Assembly: GCF_963921235.1 (NCBI RefSeq)
Contig: NC_086097.1
Span: 187,304,001-187,368,000, forward strand
DNA length: 64,000 nucleotides
Direction of reading: 5' to 3'
Origin: Mobula hypostoma
Lineage: Eukaryota
The notes beneath the pieces were generated by a model, which saw only the letters and a list, made by a program, of their open reading frames with translations, had not been told where the DNA came from and ran no database searches. The translations under genes were made by a program, and so were the position numbers. Below are positions 37,365-50,177 of the stretch, piece by piece (within the stretch, counting starts at the first letter, position 1; the number at the start of each line of letters is the position of its first letter).

Positions 37365-38888
37365 CAGGTTTCCTACACCATCCGAAGGTAGAGCATTCCT
37401 ATGAAATGGTTCGTAAGCCAGAAGGTCGTAAAGCGAAGAAGCAATTACCATTAATTTATATGGGAAAAATTTGTGAGCGTTCGCAGACCAAAAAATTACC
37501 TACCAAATCATGTCAAATAACAAATAAAACCTAAAATAACAGTAACATACAGTAAAAGCAGGAATGATATTTCAAATACACAGCCTATATAAAGTAGAAA
37601 TACTTCTCTACAATCATTGCCACACTGTTCTCGGTAGCGAAATTCTCACGCAAGCGCTTTCGGCAGAAACACTCTGTCCAGTAACCTTTAAGCTATGAAG
37701 CTGCCAAATCATACCAAGTAACACATAAAAATACACAGCCTATATAAAGTAGAAATAATGTATGTACAGTGTAGTATCGCTGACCAAAATCGGTAAGACA
37801 TCGAGCACACTGATGATAGTGTGTTAGGCTGAGTCGTCAGAGGTTGGGGTGGTGCAGTGGTCCCCAACCTCCAGGCCGCCGACTGATACCAATTCGCAGA
37901 GAATGCAGCGGTAGCTGGGATGCACCCAGCTCATCTTTAAGAAAAAAGCCGAAATAAACAAGCTAATTAATTAGGTTCCGCCGGGCACGTAAATGTTGGT
38001 CCAGATCAGAGGCGACGCAATCAGCAATCACCTCTGATCTGGGCCGACATTTACGTGCCGGGCGACACCTAATTAATTAGCTTGATTATTTCGGCTTTTT
38101 TTCTTAAAGATGGGCTGGGTGCTTCCAGCTACCGCTGCATTCTCCACAGATAGGTATCTGCAGCCCCAGGGGTTGGGGTGGTGGGACACTGGGGTGTCAT
38201 CTCATCGTCAATCAGGGCAGGCAGGTCATCTTCTTCTATGTCTGCCTGCCTCGATGTCGAAGGTCGAGGTTCGTCGTCTGCTGAAGGCTTGCTTGACTGC
38301 TTAGCCTCGCACATTTTTCTATCATACAGTTCTTTGTAAGCACTCAAACCATCTTGCAAATATCCCCTAAACCAACATACTCCTTCAAAATTAAAGTCGT
38401 ACTTTATCATTGCAGTGAAAATCTCACGCAGTTGCATCACATTCAGTTCCTGGACGACTTCACTTTCCGTCCGTTCACTACTGCATTCGGTTTCAATTGT
38501 TATCCTTTCCTCTTCCAATTGAATCAGCTCTTCATCTATTAGTTCTTGGTCATGGGATGCCAAAACCTGTTCAATATCATCTTCGTCAGATTCCACAAGC
38601 CATACTCACTTTGTCCTTACTTCGTTCACCAAGATCGAAACGCTTAATTATGTCTAGTTTTACGCTAAGTGTAACAGCCTTACGAGCTCTTTTAGGCTTT
38701 TCCGATACCTTAGAACTCATCTCGCTAACGGCTGCTCACACGCATGTGTTTAAGCAATGCCGGCGAGAATGCCGTTCCGAATCAGGGCGTGCGCTGCTTT
38801 TTTCCGCACGCTGCTTTTTCTGCATGCTGCCTTTTCTCGTAACAGTGAGGTTTCTTAAAGCGAACGTTCGAAAAGTTGGGGACACCTG
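37365..38888 (-). mobile_element. Tigger/pogo-like DNA transposon, internally deleted
   Basis: TA-CAGGT...ACCTG-TA ends; ORF 38129-38596 DDIEQVLASHDQELIDEELIQLEE resembles the Tigger transposase C-terminus. Confidence 0.82.
37855..38178. repeat. Long palindrome / hAT-like MITE nested in Tigger
   Basis: Core arms about 37900-38015 and 38030-38144 are near-perfect reverse complements; begins CAGTGGTCCCCAACC. Confidence 0.75.
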
Positions 38889-39354
38889 TATAATTATGTG
38901 GTTTTTGTTAGTTCTTAAGTCGGTTTGTCACGTGTTTCCGTGATATCATTCTGGAAAAACGTTGTATCATTTCTTAATGCATGCATTACTAAATGACAAT
39001 AAAAGAGGACTGCATGTCCTCATAATCATAAAATCATATACCTGTTGAGAACGGGTCATCACGTGACCTCACATAGGTGGGAAAATTACATCATATGACC
39101 TCCACAAGACCATTATATCATCCTCATAAGGCAATCACAAGATATCCAAGAAGTATGTAACACTGCCTTTAATATCTCGATCGCTGTCCTGATTGAAATC
39201 TAGCTCCTTTTATTGCTTTGTTATTCAGTAACCTCTATCTCTCTTGGTTAACTGGCAATGCCTCCCCACCCCTATTGAATCTCTTCCAGACCTAAGCCCA
39301 TTATGGATAGAAGGTGACTTTCATTCTTTACAAAATATATTTATTTTCTTCACC

Positions 39355-39583
39355 TCTTTCACACAGAGAGTGATGGGTACATGGAATACACTGCCAGTGA
39401 CAATGGTAGAGGCAGATACAATAGGGTCTTTTAAGAGACTCTTACATAGGTACATGGAGCTTAGAAAAATAGAGGGCTACGCAGTAGGTAAATTCTAGGC
39501 AGTTTCTAGAGTAGGTTACATGGTCGGCACAACATTGTGGGCCGAAGGGCCTGTTACGTGCTGTAGATTTCTATGTTCTATGA
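39355..39583 (+). mobile_element. CR1 3'-end fragment
   Basis: FTQRVMGTWNTLP..GSFKRLLHRYM; tail ttctatgttctatg. Confidence 0.85.
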
Positions 39584-39807
39584 ATGCATACACAGTCCTT
39601 GGTGAGTTCAACTAAAATGGCATCTACCAAAGAAAATTGTGCCTCATGCTAAACACTCAGGAGCAGCATAACCTCTGTCAGCTTGGAAAGTCATTTCTTT
39701 CTCCTGGTCAATTCTCTGTTTCATTTCTGATTTTCAATATCTGGTACTTTCTTGAGATCAACATGCACAAAATACTGGAGGAACTCAGCAGGTCAGACAG
39801 CATCTAG

Positions 39808-40570
39808 AGTCAAGATTCAAGATTCAAGATTCATTTATTATCAAAGAATGTATAAATTGTACAACCTTGTGATTTGCTTTCTCACAGGTAGCCACAAAGT
39901 AAGAAACCTGGAAGAACCCAATTTAAAAAAATTAAAGACCAACACCCAATGCATAGCAGAAAGTAAAAGGAACACAAAACATGAAAACAATTGACGTGAA
40001 CAACAACATTCCAAACCAAACTGAGACCTCAGATCCAAACCCCAGAGCGGCCTGGAGTAGGCCCAAAGCCTTGCTTATCAGTTCATCACATTCGTGGGTA
40101 CAGAGTACAGCATCTGAGCAGTCTTCATAGACGTAACGCCATGGAGAGGGGAGTGATCATCATGCAGAATGAGTGAAATCTGCTCTCACCCCGAATCCCA
40201 ACACCCTGCCTTTTCAGTCTATCTGGGCTGGTGTTTAAATGGACCAAATAGTGGAAGAGCAAAAGGCTCCTGTGCCATGGAGAGAGGAGTGACCATTGCA
40301 GAGAGTGAGCAAAGTTGGCTCTCGCCTCCAATCTGAATTTCAATCTCACCTTCAATCTCAGCCAGCATTTGAATGATCTAAACAGCGAATCGTACCTCAC
40401 TCTAGGACCCAGGCACCGCTGTAGCAAAAGGGTCTGGGCCCAGACCATGCAACACAGCGATTTCCTTCAGGCCCGGATCTTGCCACCCAGCCCAAATCCA
40501 CTCTCAAGCTCTTCAAATCAGTTCAACACCCAGAGCGATCCAACCTCGCACCTGGGCCAGTTGTACAGGC
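39808..40570 (-). mobile_element. Non-autonomous non-LTR element inserted in a Penelope pseudo-LTR relic (39755-40800)
   Basis: (caagatt)3 tail plus tttatt at the left end; the Penelope-type sequence resumes after 40570. Confidence 0.6.
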
Positions 40571-40799
40571 ATCTCTGGAGGGGAATAAACAGTAAATGTT
40601 TCAGGCTGAGATCATTTATCAGGACTGGAAGGGAAGTGAGATGAAGCCAAAATAAGAAGGTGGGGGGAGGGGAAGGAGAGAAATCTGGCAGGTGATAGGT
40701 GAAGCCTGGTGAGAGGGAAGGTTAGTGGGTAAAGGAGAGGTGCAAAATGAGAATGTGGGGTTGAAATGTGTAGTAGGTTATGGACTGAAAATGAAGGAA

Positions 40800-41580
40800 C
40801 CTTCCTATTTTCTTGAGATAGTGGGATAGATATTGGGAATTACACCAACAGGTTGTATCTCAGTCTGGTACGGCAACTGTTTTACTCTTGACTGGCTGAA
40901 TCTGTAAAGAGTAGTAAACATAGCCCAGATCATTACAGGCTAATCACTTCTGATCTATCTTCATGGTGCATTGCTTTAGGAAGGCTAATTTTATATAACC
41001 ATATAACCATATAACAATTACAGCATGGGAAACAGGCCATCTCGGCCCTTCTAGTCCATGCCGAACGCCTACTCTCACCTAGTCCCACCAACCTGCACTC
41101 TACATCAATGATCCCACCACAAGACCATAAGACATAAGAGCAGAATTCAGCACATTGTGTCTGCTCTGCCATTCCATGATCCTACTCACCCCCGTATATC
41201 TGCCTTCTCGCCATTCCCTTTACACTCTTCTACCTTCTGGGAGAAGATGCAGGAGCACAAATGCCTTTAAGATTGAAAAACAACTTCTTCCCCACTAATA
41301 TCAGACACGTGTACCAGTCATCTCTATCACGCCTCCTTCCTAGTGGTGCTGCCACATTCTCATTCTCTTAAGTTTATCTCTCTTCTTTTATTCTGCTATT
41401 GTCACTTTAGTATTTTATCTTGCACCACTTCACATTGTACGATAATCTGAACCATTCTGCTGTTTTGTGCTTGCCATTATATTTATTGTTTTGTCACTAC
41501 CATGTTGACTCTATGAGCTTGAGATAAATGAGGAATTTCATTGCATCCTGTGTATATGAAAATAAACAAAAAATAAACAA
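40800..41580 (+). mobile_element. Decayed Rex1-like 3' region with short CR1 tail inserts
   Basis: GCISVWYGNC, LPSGRRCRS relics; taaccata and gaccataa tail repeats at about 40995 and 41123. Confidence 0.55.
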
Positions 41581-43374
41581 AAAAATGTCATGAGCTAACA
41601 TACAAGATTAGTAGGGCAGCCAGTGGGAGCAGACGGCCAAGTGGCCAGTTTCTTGACAAATTATCCATATTTTAATGCCCCAATGGCTTGCTGTTCAGTC
41701 TTGCCACTGAACTTTGACCACTTGGCTCATTTATTTTGTCTGTATCTGGGGAAGTGACCTTATTAACTTATCCCATCCCGAAGCTGAATAGCAAGGTCAT
41801 GCTTGGTGTCAGGTCTCAAGAGCCATAATTAGACGTTTGGGAGAGTTGAAAACATATCTTCTCTTGACACATCTCTGAAAATAGCAAATCCAACACCCAC
41901 CTCACCATCTGTCAAAGCTGTTAAAACATTGTTTCTGAATGTCACTTACAATAGGAATTAAACTCACTTTAAAACAACTGTTTAAAGATTAATATTTTAA
42001 AAATAATTATTTAACATGCTTAAAAACTGAATTTCATCAAGTTGCTGCCCTAATATTGGATTATTTGTGAAGATTACCGATGAAGCAGAACACATTTAAG
42101 ATCTCTCTGACAAAGTTTGCTCATCTTCTGTATTCATGTGGGAGCCTGAAACTTGCCAGTACTTAGGAGAGTAAATACATTCAGATCCATGTGGAACACA
42201 TCAAAATCTGAGGCCGTATTTAAAAAGTTTAAAAGAAGAAACTGTACAAGCCAAAGAAAATCAAAATCTCCAATCTGAACCATTTCTCTTCCCACTGATG
42301 CAACATGCCGTGGACATTTGGGATTAGAATATTCAAAATAGCAAAGCTGTTCACTGAGATCGGATAGGCTCTTAATTATTTCCTTTTCATTCAGTGGAAT
42401 AATTAGCAGTTGCATATGATCATCGTTTCAATTGATAAAGGAGTACACTCAGATTGAATACAGTCTAAAGCCAAATCTCCAATTCTACAGCCTATTTGAT
42501 TGAACAATCGATATAACTACAGACTAATGTCATATGTGGACAGTTGCAATCAGGATCTAGCATTCCCACAAAATCTCTGTAAAAGAAAGAAGATATTGGA
42601 TATCTGCAACAAGGTTCTTCAAGCAGATATATTCATTTTCTGTCATCCTTCTTGCAATATTGACTTCTTACAAATAACAGATATTTCTCAACCAGTGAGT
42701 CTTGAAGGGTGACTTACCATTCTGACGTTTCTCAACTTGCAATCCAATTGAACAATTAAGATCATGCTCCCATTTTCAAAGTCTTCTTAGCTCACTGTAT
42801 GCTGACTATATGCAATCTTATGGGACAAGATTTGTCATGCTGTCTGTTAGTTCGATTAGCTTTCTGAGAAAACTCTGCTTATAGAAAGTCCAAAATCAAA
42901 AGACGGAAGTCAAGTTTATTATTTTGCACAAGTATGTGTATGCACATGAGCAATGAAAAACTTAGTTACAACAGTATCGCAGGCATTTAGCATTGGAGAC
43001 ATAATACTCACCAGATAAATTAAACAGAAATTATACAATGTTATACAAAAAGGAATACAACTGGTACAAAGAAAGACAAAAGTCTATCGTAAGGCAAAGT
43101 AGTTAGCATAGTTGTAATGTTGCTATACAGAAGTGGTGATTAGGTTGGTTCAAGAACTAGATGACTGAAGGGCAGTAACTGTCCTTGGACCTAGTGGTTT
43201 AGGACTCAAAGCATCTGTACCTCCTGCCCAATGGTAGCTATAAGAAGATAGCATGGTCCAGATAGTGGAGGTCTTTGATAATAGATGTTTGCTGCCTTGA
43301 GACAGAGACTCGTGTAGTTAATTTCAAGGGTGGGGGGTGGATGTATCTGTACATCAAAAGAAGCTTGTTAGAAT

Positions 43375-44682
43375 AAACCTAAGAGACTCTGCAGATGCTG
43401 AAAATCCAGAGTAAAGCACACAAAATGCTGGAGGAACACAGCAGGTCAGGCAGCATCTGTGGAAATGAGTGAACAGTTGATAATTCAATACAAGACACTT
43501 CTTCAGGACTGGAAAGGACCAGAATAAAAAGGTGGGTGAGAGGAAGAGGATTAGTTAGAAGGTCCCTTAACTCAGTTCCTCATCTCTGCCGCATCTACTC
43601 TCAGGATCAGGCTTTCCTTTCCAGGACATCAGAGATATCCTCCTTCAAAGAACAGGCTATCCCTTCCTCCACCACTGATGCTGCCCTTATGCAGGTCTCC
43701 TCTATTTCCCGGACATCGATGCTCACTCCATCTTTCTGCTGCCTTAACAGTGATAGAGTTCCTCTTATTCTCACCTACCACCACATGAGTTTAAACAACC
43801 AGCACATCATTCTCCACAGCTTCCACTATCTTGAATGAAATTCTACCACCAAACACATCATTAACTCCCTATCACTGTCTACTTTTCACAGGGATCACTC
43901 CTTCCATGATTCTCTTGTGCATTCATGCAGCTAATCTCCCTCCTGGCTCATATCCCTGCAAGTGGCAGAAATGCTACTCCTGCCCATACACCTCCTCGCT
44001 TATCTCCATTCAGGGCCCCAAACAGTCCTTCCAGTTGAGGCAATACGTCACCTGTGAATCTGCTGGGTTCATCTATGTATCCAGTGCTCCTGATACAGCT
44101 TCCTCTACATTGGTGAGCCCCAACATAAATAGGAGGACCATTTTGTTGAGCATCTCCACTCCTTCCACCTTAAATGGAATTTCCTGATGACCAACCATTT
44201 TAATTTCTATCTCCATTCCTGTTCCAACATGTTACTCAATGCCCTCTTCTTTTGCCACAATGAGGCCATTCTCAGGGTGGAGGAGCAACACCTTATATTC
44301 CATCTAGGTAGCCTCCAATCTAATAGCATGAAATCAATTTCTCCTTCCATTAATGTTTTCCCTCCCCTTTCCCTCTTCTATTCCCCATTCTGGCCCCTTA
44401 CCTTTCTTACTCACCTGTCTATCACCTCCCCGGTACTCCTCCTTCTTCCCTTTCTCCCATGATCCACTCTCCTTTCCTATCAAATACCTTCTTCTCCAGC
44501 CCTTTATCTTTCCCACCCACCTGGTTTCACCAATCACTAATTACCTTTTTATTCTAGCATTTCCCCCTCTTTTTTGGTCCTGAAGGAGATTCACAGCCTG
44601 AAATATTAACTATGTATTCATTTCCATAGATGCTGCCTGAACTGCAGCGTTCCTCCAGCATTTTGTGTGTGTTGCTCTGAGA
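43375..44682. mobile_element. Older Penelope-like element with the same inverted architecture
   Basis: Left reverse arm to about 43555, + body with RICSQD-, DRVPLILTYH- and CKWQKCYSC-like relics; flanking repeat TTGTTAGA at 43365 and 44683. Confidence 0.82.
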
Positions 44683-44811
44683 TTGTTAGATTGTTTGCTG
44701 ATATGCCAAGTGTCTTTAATCTTCTAAGGAAACAAGAGAAAATCTGCAGATGCCAGAAATCCGATCAACAAACACAAAATGCTGGAGGAACTCAGCAGGC
44801 CAGCAGCATCT

Positions 44812-46809
44812 TTATACTTTATACTTTACTGTCACCAAACAATTGATGCTAGAACGTACAATCATCACAGCGATATTTGATTCTGCGCTTCCCACTCCCT
44901 GGATTACAAATATTAAATATTAAAAAATATATTAAAAATAGTAACATTAGTAAATATTAAAAATTTAAATTACAAATCATAAATAGAAAATAGAAAAATG
45001 GAAAGTAAGGTAGTGCAAAAAAACAGAGACGCAGGTCCAGATATTTGGAGGGTATGGCCCAGATCCAGGTCAGGGCCCGTTCAGCAGTCTTATCACAGTT
45101 GGAAAGAAGCTGTTCCCAAATCTGGCCATACAAGTCTTCAAGGTCCTGAGCCTTCCCCCTGGAGGGAAGAGGGACGAAAAGTATGTTGGCTGGGTGGGTC
45201 GTGTCCTTGATTATCCTGGCAGCACTGCTCCAACAGCGTGCGATGTAAAGTGAGTCCAAGAACGGACGGTTGGTTTGTGTGATGTGCTGCGCTGTGTTCA
45301 CAATCTTCTGCAGCTTCTTTCGGTCTTGGACAGGACAACTTCCTTACCAGGTTGTGATGCACCCTAGAAGAATGCTTTCTACGGTGCATCTATAAAACTT
45401 AGTGACGGTTTTAGGGGACAGGCCAAATTTTTTTAGTTTTCTCAGGAAGTAAAGGCGCTGGTGGGCCTTCTTGGCAGTGAACTCTGCTTGGTTGGACCAA
45501 GTCAGGTCATTTGTGATATTGACCCCGAGGAACTTAAAGCTTTTGACCTGTCCCACTTGCGCACCACCGATGTAAATTGGGTCATGCGGTCTACTACTCT
45601 TTCTGAAGTCAACAACCAATTCCTTCGTCTTGCTGATGTTGAGGGATAGGTTATTGTCTTCGCACCATGCCACAAGGTTCTTAATTTCTTCTCTGTACTC
45701 AAACTCATCATTACCCGAGATACAGCCTACAATTGCTGTGTCATCAGCAAACTTATTGAGTTTGATGGAAACTTGGCTACACAATCATGGGTGTACAGTG
45801 AGTACAGCAGGGGGCTGAGTACACAGCCTTGTGGGGCACTGGTGCTCAGAGTGATTATAGAGGAGAGCTTGTCCACTATTCTTACAGCCTGGGTCCTGTC
45901 TGTAAGGAAGTTGAAGATCCAGCTGCAGATCTGAGTGTTAAGGCCCAGGTTTCAAAGCTTAGGAATCAGTTTATTTGGAATGATGGTATTAAAGGCAGAG
46001 CTGTAGTCAATGAAAAGGAGCCTTATGTATGTGTCCTTATTCTCCAGGTGTTCTAAGGAGGAATATAGGGCCAGAGACATGGCATCTACCATTGACCTGT
46101 TGCTCTGGTAGGCGAATTGCAAAGCGTCAAGGTTGACCAGTAGGCTGTGGTTGATGTGTGCCATAACCAATCTCTCAAAGCACTTCGTAGCAATTGATAT
46201 CAGAGCTACAGGTCGATAGCCATTCAGACATGCCACCTTACTCTTCTTCGGCACTGAGATTATCGTTGCCTTCTTAAGACATGAGGGGATCTTAGACTGA
46301 AGCAAGGAGCAGTTGAAGATGTCAGCAAACACTCCAGCTAGCTGGCTTGCACAGGCCCGGAGGACCCGTCCCGGGACGCCATCTGGGCCCATTGTCTTCC
46401 TTGGATTTATCTTCAGGAAGGCCCTTCCAACATCCTCCTCGTGACGATGAATCTCGATGCCACCAGGTCCGGTTCATCCGGAGGGAGCGGGACGCTCCTC
46501 TTCTGTTCAAATGTTGCGTAGAATACGTTAAGTTCAACAGGAAGAGAAGCGCCACAGTTATTGATATTCCCAGTCTTTTCTTTGTGGCCAGTGATCTCAT
46601 TTAGACCCTGCCATAGTCTACTGGCATCCCTCTGGTTAGCCTGGGCTTCCAACTTGGCTCAATATTGCCTCTTGGCGCCCTTAATGGCTTTCCGAAGTTC
46701 ACGCCTGGATTCCGCGTAGCGACTGGTGTCCCCGGACCTAAAAGCCGCAGCTTTAGCCTTTAAAAGAGACTTGACGTCATAATTCATCCAAGGTTTCCGG
46801 TTAGGGAAT
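44812..46809 (-). mobile_element. 5'-truncated Rex1/Babar-like LINE inserted in a Penelope pseudo-LTR relic
   Basis: [56 protein letters not shown] on both sides; (tatactt)n tail at the left end. Confidence 0.92.
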
Positions 46810-46829
46810 ATCTATGGAAAAGAGTAAAC

Positions 46830-46865
46830 AGTCGATGTTTCAGGTCAAGACCCTTCATCAGAACT
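46830..46865 (-). ncRNA. Near-intact minimal hammerhead motif in a Penelope-derived repeat
   Basis: Reverse complement AGTT-CTGATGA-AGGgtcttgaCCT-GAAACATC-GACT. Confidence 0.6.
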
Positions 46866-46879
46866 TCTAAGGAAATTGA

Positions 46880-48150
46880 GTCCGGTGTGCCTTCCTTGTG
46901 ATTGAATCTATGTGCTAAGTCCAGGACAGGTAATCCGATATGTTCATGCCTAGGAATTTAAGAATGCTGAAACTTTTCATCACTGATCTACCAATGTAGA
47001 GAGATACATACTTGCCCTCATTCCTCTTTCTGAAGTAAATTTCCTTAGTTTTACTGTTGTTGAGCAAGAAGTTGTTGTTCTTGTATCGCTCAACCCTGTG
47101 TCCTATCTCTCTCCAGGACATTGACTCGTCACCTACAATTTGACCAACAGTCAGTGAATTTGAAGATAGTTTTAAAGCTGTGCTTAGATTCACAGTGTTA
47201 CAGGCCCACAGTTTGATCATGAGACAGTGGGATGATGTAATGGTCTTGTGAGTGGGATGATGTAATTGTCTCTTGACCGTGGGATGATGTTATGTCACGT
47301 GATGGCATGTTCCCTACAGTACTTAAGGAAGCCTGCCAAAGTGTGACGCAGTTTTACTTTCCATTTTAAGGTGCAAACACATTGTTGCTGGCAGTTTCGT
47401 CAATCGCTGCCAGTTTTTGTTTGTTGCACCTTTGTTTTACCTTTACAGTCGAGTGTTGGAGAATGAATACCTTACCAAAGTATGAGAACCCAAAAGATTG
47501 GGTAAAGTTAATGACTTTTGTTGTTTTGGAAGTGATCGACTGTTTGGAATCGGAATTGTCCAGGAAAGTGAGTTAAACCCCTGCAAGGTCAGAACGGTTT
47601 GTGCAGTGTCCACCCTCTCGAGAGAAAAGGTCAGTTCCTTTACTTCTTCGTGATTGCTTCACTTCAACAAGGCATCACTTGACTGTGATCGACAGATTGA
47701 TCATTTTCTTCAGAGGATTTGTTGCTGCAGAAAAGTCCCTCTCCTTAAAGACTGTAAAAATCACTAGGACTTTTCCACTGACTACTTTAAGAGTGTGTTC
47801 AAATTTACCACTTTAAGACTTATTTCTAAGTTCGACTGTTTGTTCGATATAGGCGCATAACAGTTAACTTCCGGTTAAGCTAGTTTGTTTACTTTTCTAT
47901 GTTTTTGAGTAGAGGTTAATAAATATCGTTGTTTGTTTATAAAACCTGACTCAATTTTATATCCATTGTTGCTGGACACATGGCAACAGTCATGTGTGCA
48001 TAGGGAATAGTGCAGGGAGCTAACCTAGAGCCTTCTGTGTAGATTGTCAGTGAAGAGGACATGTTGTAACCAATCTTCACAGATTGATGTCTGCCGCTAG
48101 GGAAGTTGAGGATCCAGTTGCTCAGGGAGGTAGAGACACCCAAGTCTTGA
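46880..48150 (-). mobile_element. Decayed Rex1-like RT fragment interrupted by a solo LTR
   Basis: LKFLGMNISDYLSW, LNNSKTKE, MGVSTSLSNWILNF. Confidence 0.75.
47196..47985 (+). mobile_element. Solo LTR
   Basis: TGTTAC...CA, ACAG on both sides (47192-47195, 47986-47989), AATAAA near 47918, three gtgggatgatgt repeats in the 5' part. Confidence 0.78.
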
Positions 48151-48759
48151 ATGTTGTAAATTTTTGAACTATATGCAAGAGACTACAATTGTTGCTAAGA
48201 TAGAATCATCAGGTTTAAAAAGGCCTGTCGAACATCAACTCCCACTGGCAGTAGTGATTAGTCTCTGATGCACAACTCCAGTAAATTATCAAGTCTGCTT
48301 CATGCACCCGAGATGGATCTCATATGGCTAGGCTCACTTTGCTCCCTTTGAATAATTCCATGAAACATGGGAACTAGACAAGGAGCACACATGAAAGGGA
48401 CTTGATATCTGACACGCCACAGGATATCAATTTACCAAGGTACTTATCCTGTGTTTTGTCACAACAATTGCAGAAACCCTCCATCTGACTTAACTTGATT
48501 AACTGAACTAAGAACAGAGGCATGAAAACCATGAGCAGAATCTGCATTTTTATGTCTTAATCTCTACAAAAGTTGTTCAAGTTTTAATTGATAATTTTAA
48601 TGGATTGAAATGTATAACTGGAAAGGAAACCTTCTAAAACAATTAATCCAAGTATATTCACCACTTACACCTGTTAATTTTTTTAAAATGTGTATTTAGA
48701 TATCAAACCGTCTCACTGAGCTGCTTCCTTTAGTACTTAGTTACTGGAAAGCTGATGTC

Positions 48760-49870
48760 AGAACAGAATCAGGTTTATTATCACTGACATATGCTGTGAA
48801 ATTTGTTGCTTTATGGTGGCAGTAAAGTCTAAAGCTTAAAAATAAATAAATAATAAAACAAAATAGGAATAGGAAGGTAGTGTTCATGGGTTTGTGGACC
48901 ATTCAAAAATCTGATGGCAAAGGGGAAGAAGCTGTAACTAAAACATTGAATATGGGTCTTCATGAGCCTCCTGTACCTCCTCCCTGATGGTGGTAACAAG
49001 AAGAGGGCATGCCTCAGTGACGAGGGTCCTTAATGATCTCAATGAACTTGTCTATGATGCATTTATAACTTAAATATGCTGACTCTAGACTGCATGGTGC
49101 TGGCTGTTGCAGTCAGATTCTGGGTAGGGCAGGCTTCATTTTTGAATTGAATTGACATTATTACATAAATTCTTCATTTACATGAGGAGTAAAAATCTTT
49201 ATGTTACGTCTCCATCTAAATGTGCAATTACAGTAATTTATAATAAGTAGTATGTACAACAGGACAGTCAATATAACACAGAAATATAATTGTGTTAGGC
49301 TGAATTAAGCAGTGTAATGGCCTGGTGAAAGAAGCTGTCCTGGAGCCTGTTGGTCCTGGCTTTAATGCTGCAGTACCCGTTTCCCAGGTGGTAGCAGCTG
49401 GAATAGTTTGTGGTTGGGCTGACCCGAGTCCCTAATGATCCTTCGGGCCCTTTTTATACACCTGTCTTTGTAAATATCTTGAATAGTGGGAAGTTCACAT
49501 CTACAGACGCACTGGACTATCTGCACCACTCTCTGCAGAGTCCTGTGATTGAGGGAAGTATAGTTCCCATACCAGGCAGTGATGCAGCCAGCCAGGATGC
49601 TCCCAATTGTGCCCCTGTAGAAAGTTCATAGGATTTGGGGGCGCATACAAAAATTCTTCAACCTTCTGATGTGAAAGAAGCACTGTTGTGCCTTTTTCAC
49701 CATTCACCACACAGCCAGTATGTTTATGCCAGAGAACTTAAAGCTGTTCACCATCACAACCCCAGATCCATTGATGTCTATGGGGGTTAGCCTGTCTCCA
49801 TTCCTCCTGTAATCCACAAGCAGCTTTGTTTTTGCGATACTGAGGGAGAGGTTGTTTTCTGGACACCACA
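48760..49870 (-). mobile_element. Two decayed Rex1-like 3' fragments
   Basis: cagaatcaggtttatt tail at 48765; ttgaattgaattg tail at 49143; ILAGCITAWYG frame near 49575. Confidence 0.65.
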
Positions 49871-49890
49871 TCAGCAGGAGAGATTGTGAT

Positions 49891-50177
49891 ATTCAAAGAT
49901 TAAAGTCTGTCACGAGCCTTGTGGCCCATCAGGCCGATGCTTATGCCGATTTCCATGGTGTGAAGCGACTGAGAGTACGAGACACTCCCTGGTAACCTCA
50001 GTCTATCATGAGGTTAAACTCCAGCCTTTTTGCCAGTACCCTTTCTCAGCTGGGTAGACTGGAATATTGTGTGGTTAAGTGCCTTGCTCAAGGACACACA
50101 CGCTGCCTCAGCCGAGGCTTGAACCGACGACCTTCAGATCACTAGTCCAACGCCCTAACCACTTGGCCACGCACCAC
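49891..50177 (-). mobile_element. tRNA-derived SINE with conserved central domain
   Basis: Reverse complement: A box TGGCCAAGTGG, B box GGTTCAAGCC, GTCCTTGAGCAAGGCACTTAACC, CAGTCTACCCAGCTG..GGGTAC, tail GACTTTAATCTTTG. Confidence 0.85.

Larger units (their letters stand above)
36870..39040 (+). mobile_element. Non-coding, non-autonomous non-LTR element split by a Tigger insertion
   Basis: 5' AAGATGGCG motif, GC-rich head, 3' aatgacaataaa..cataatcataaaatcata tail; the halves rejoin at the TA duplicated by Tigger. Confidence 0.55.

Noticed and set aside
41600..42900. Host exons in AT-rich unique stretches (also 27620-28590 and 57700-58380)
   Set aside because: Only short frames with no recognisable homology; cannot be supported without expression or conservation data
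47227..47292. CRISPR-like short repeats gtgggatgatgt
   Set aside because: Three degenerate tandem units inside a solo LTR in a eukaryotic context; no unique spacers or cas genes
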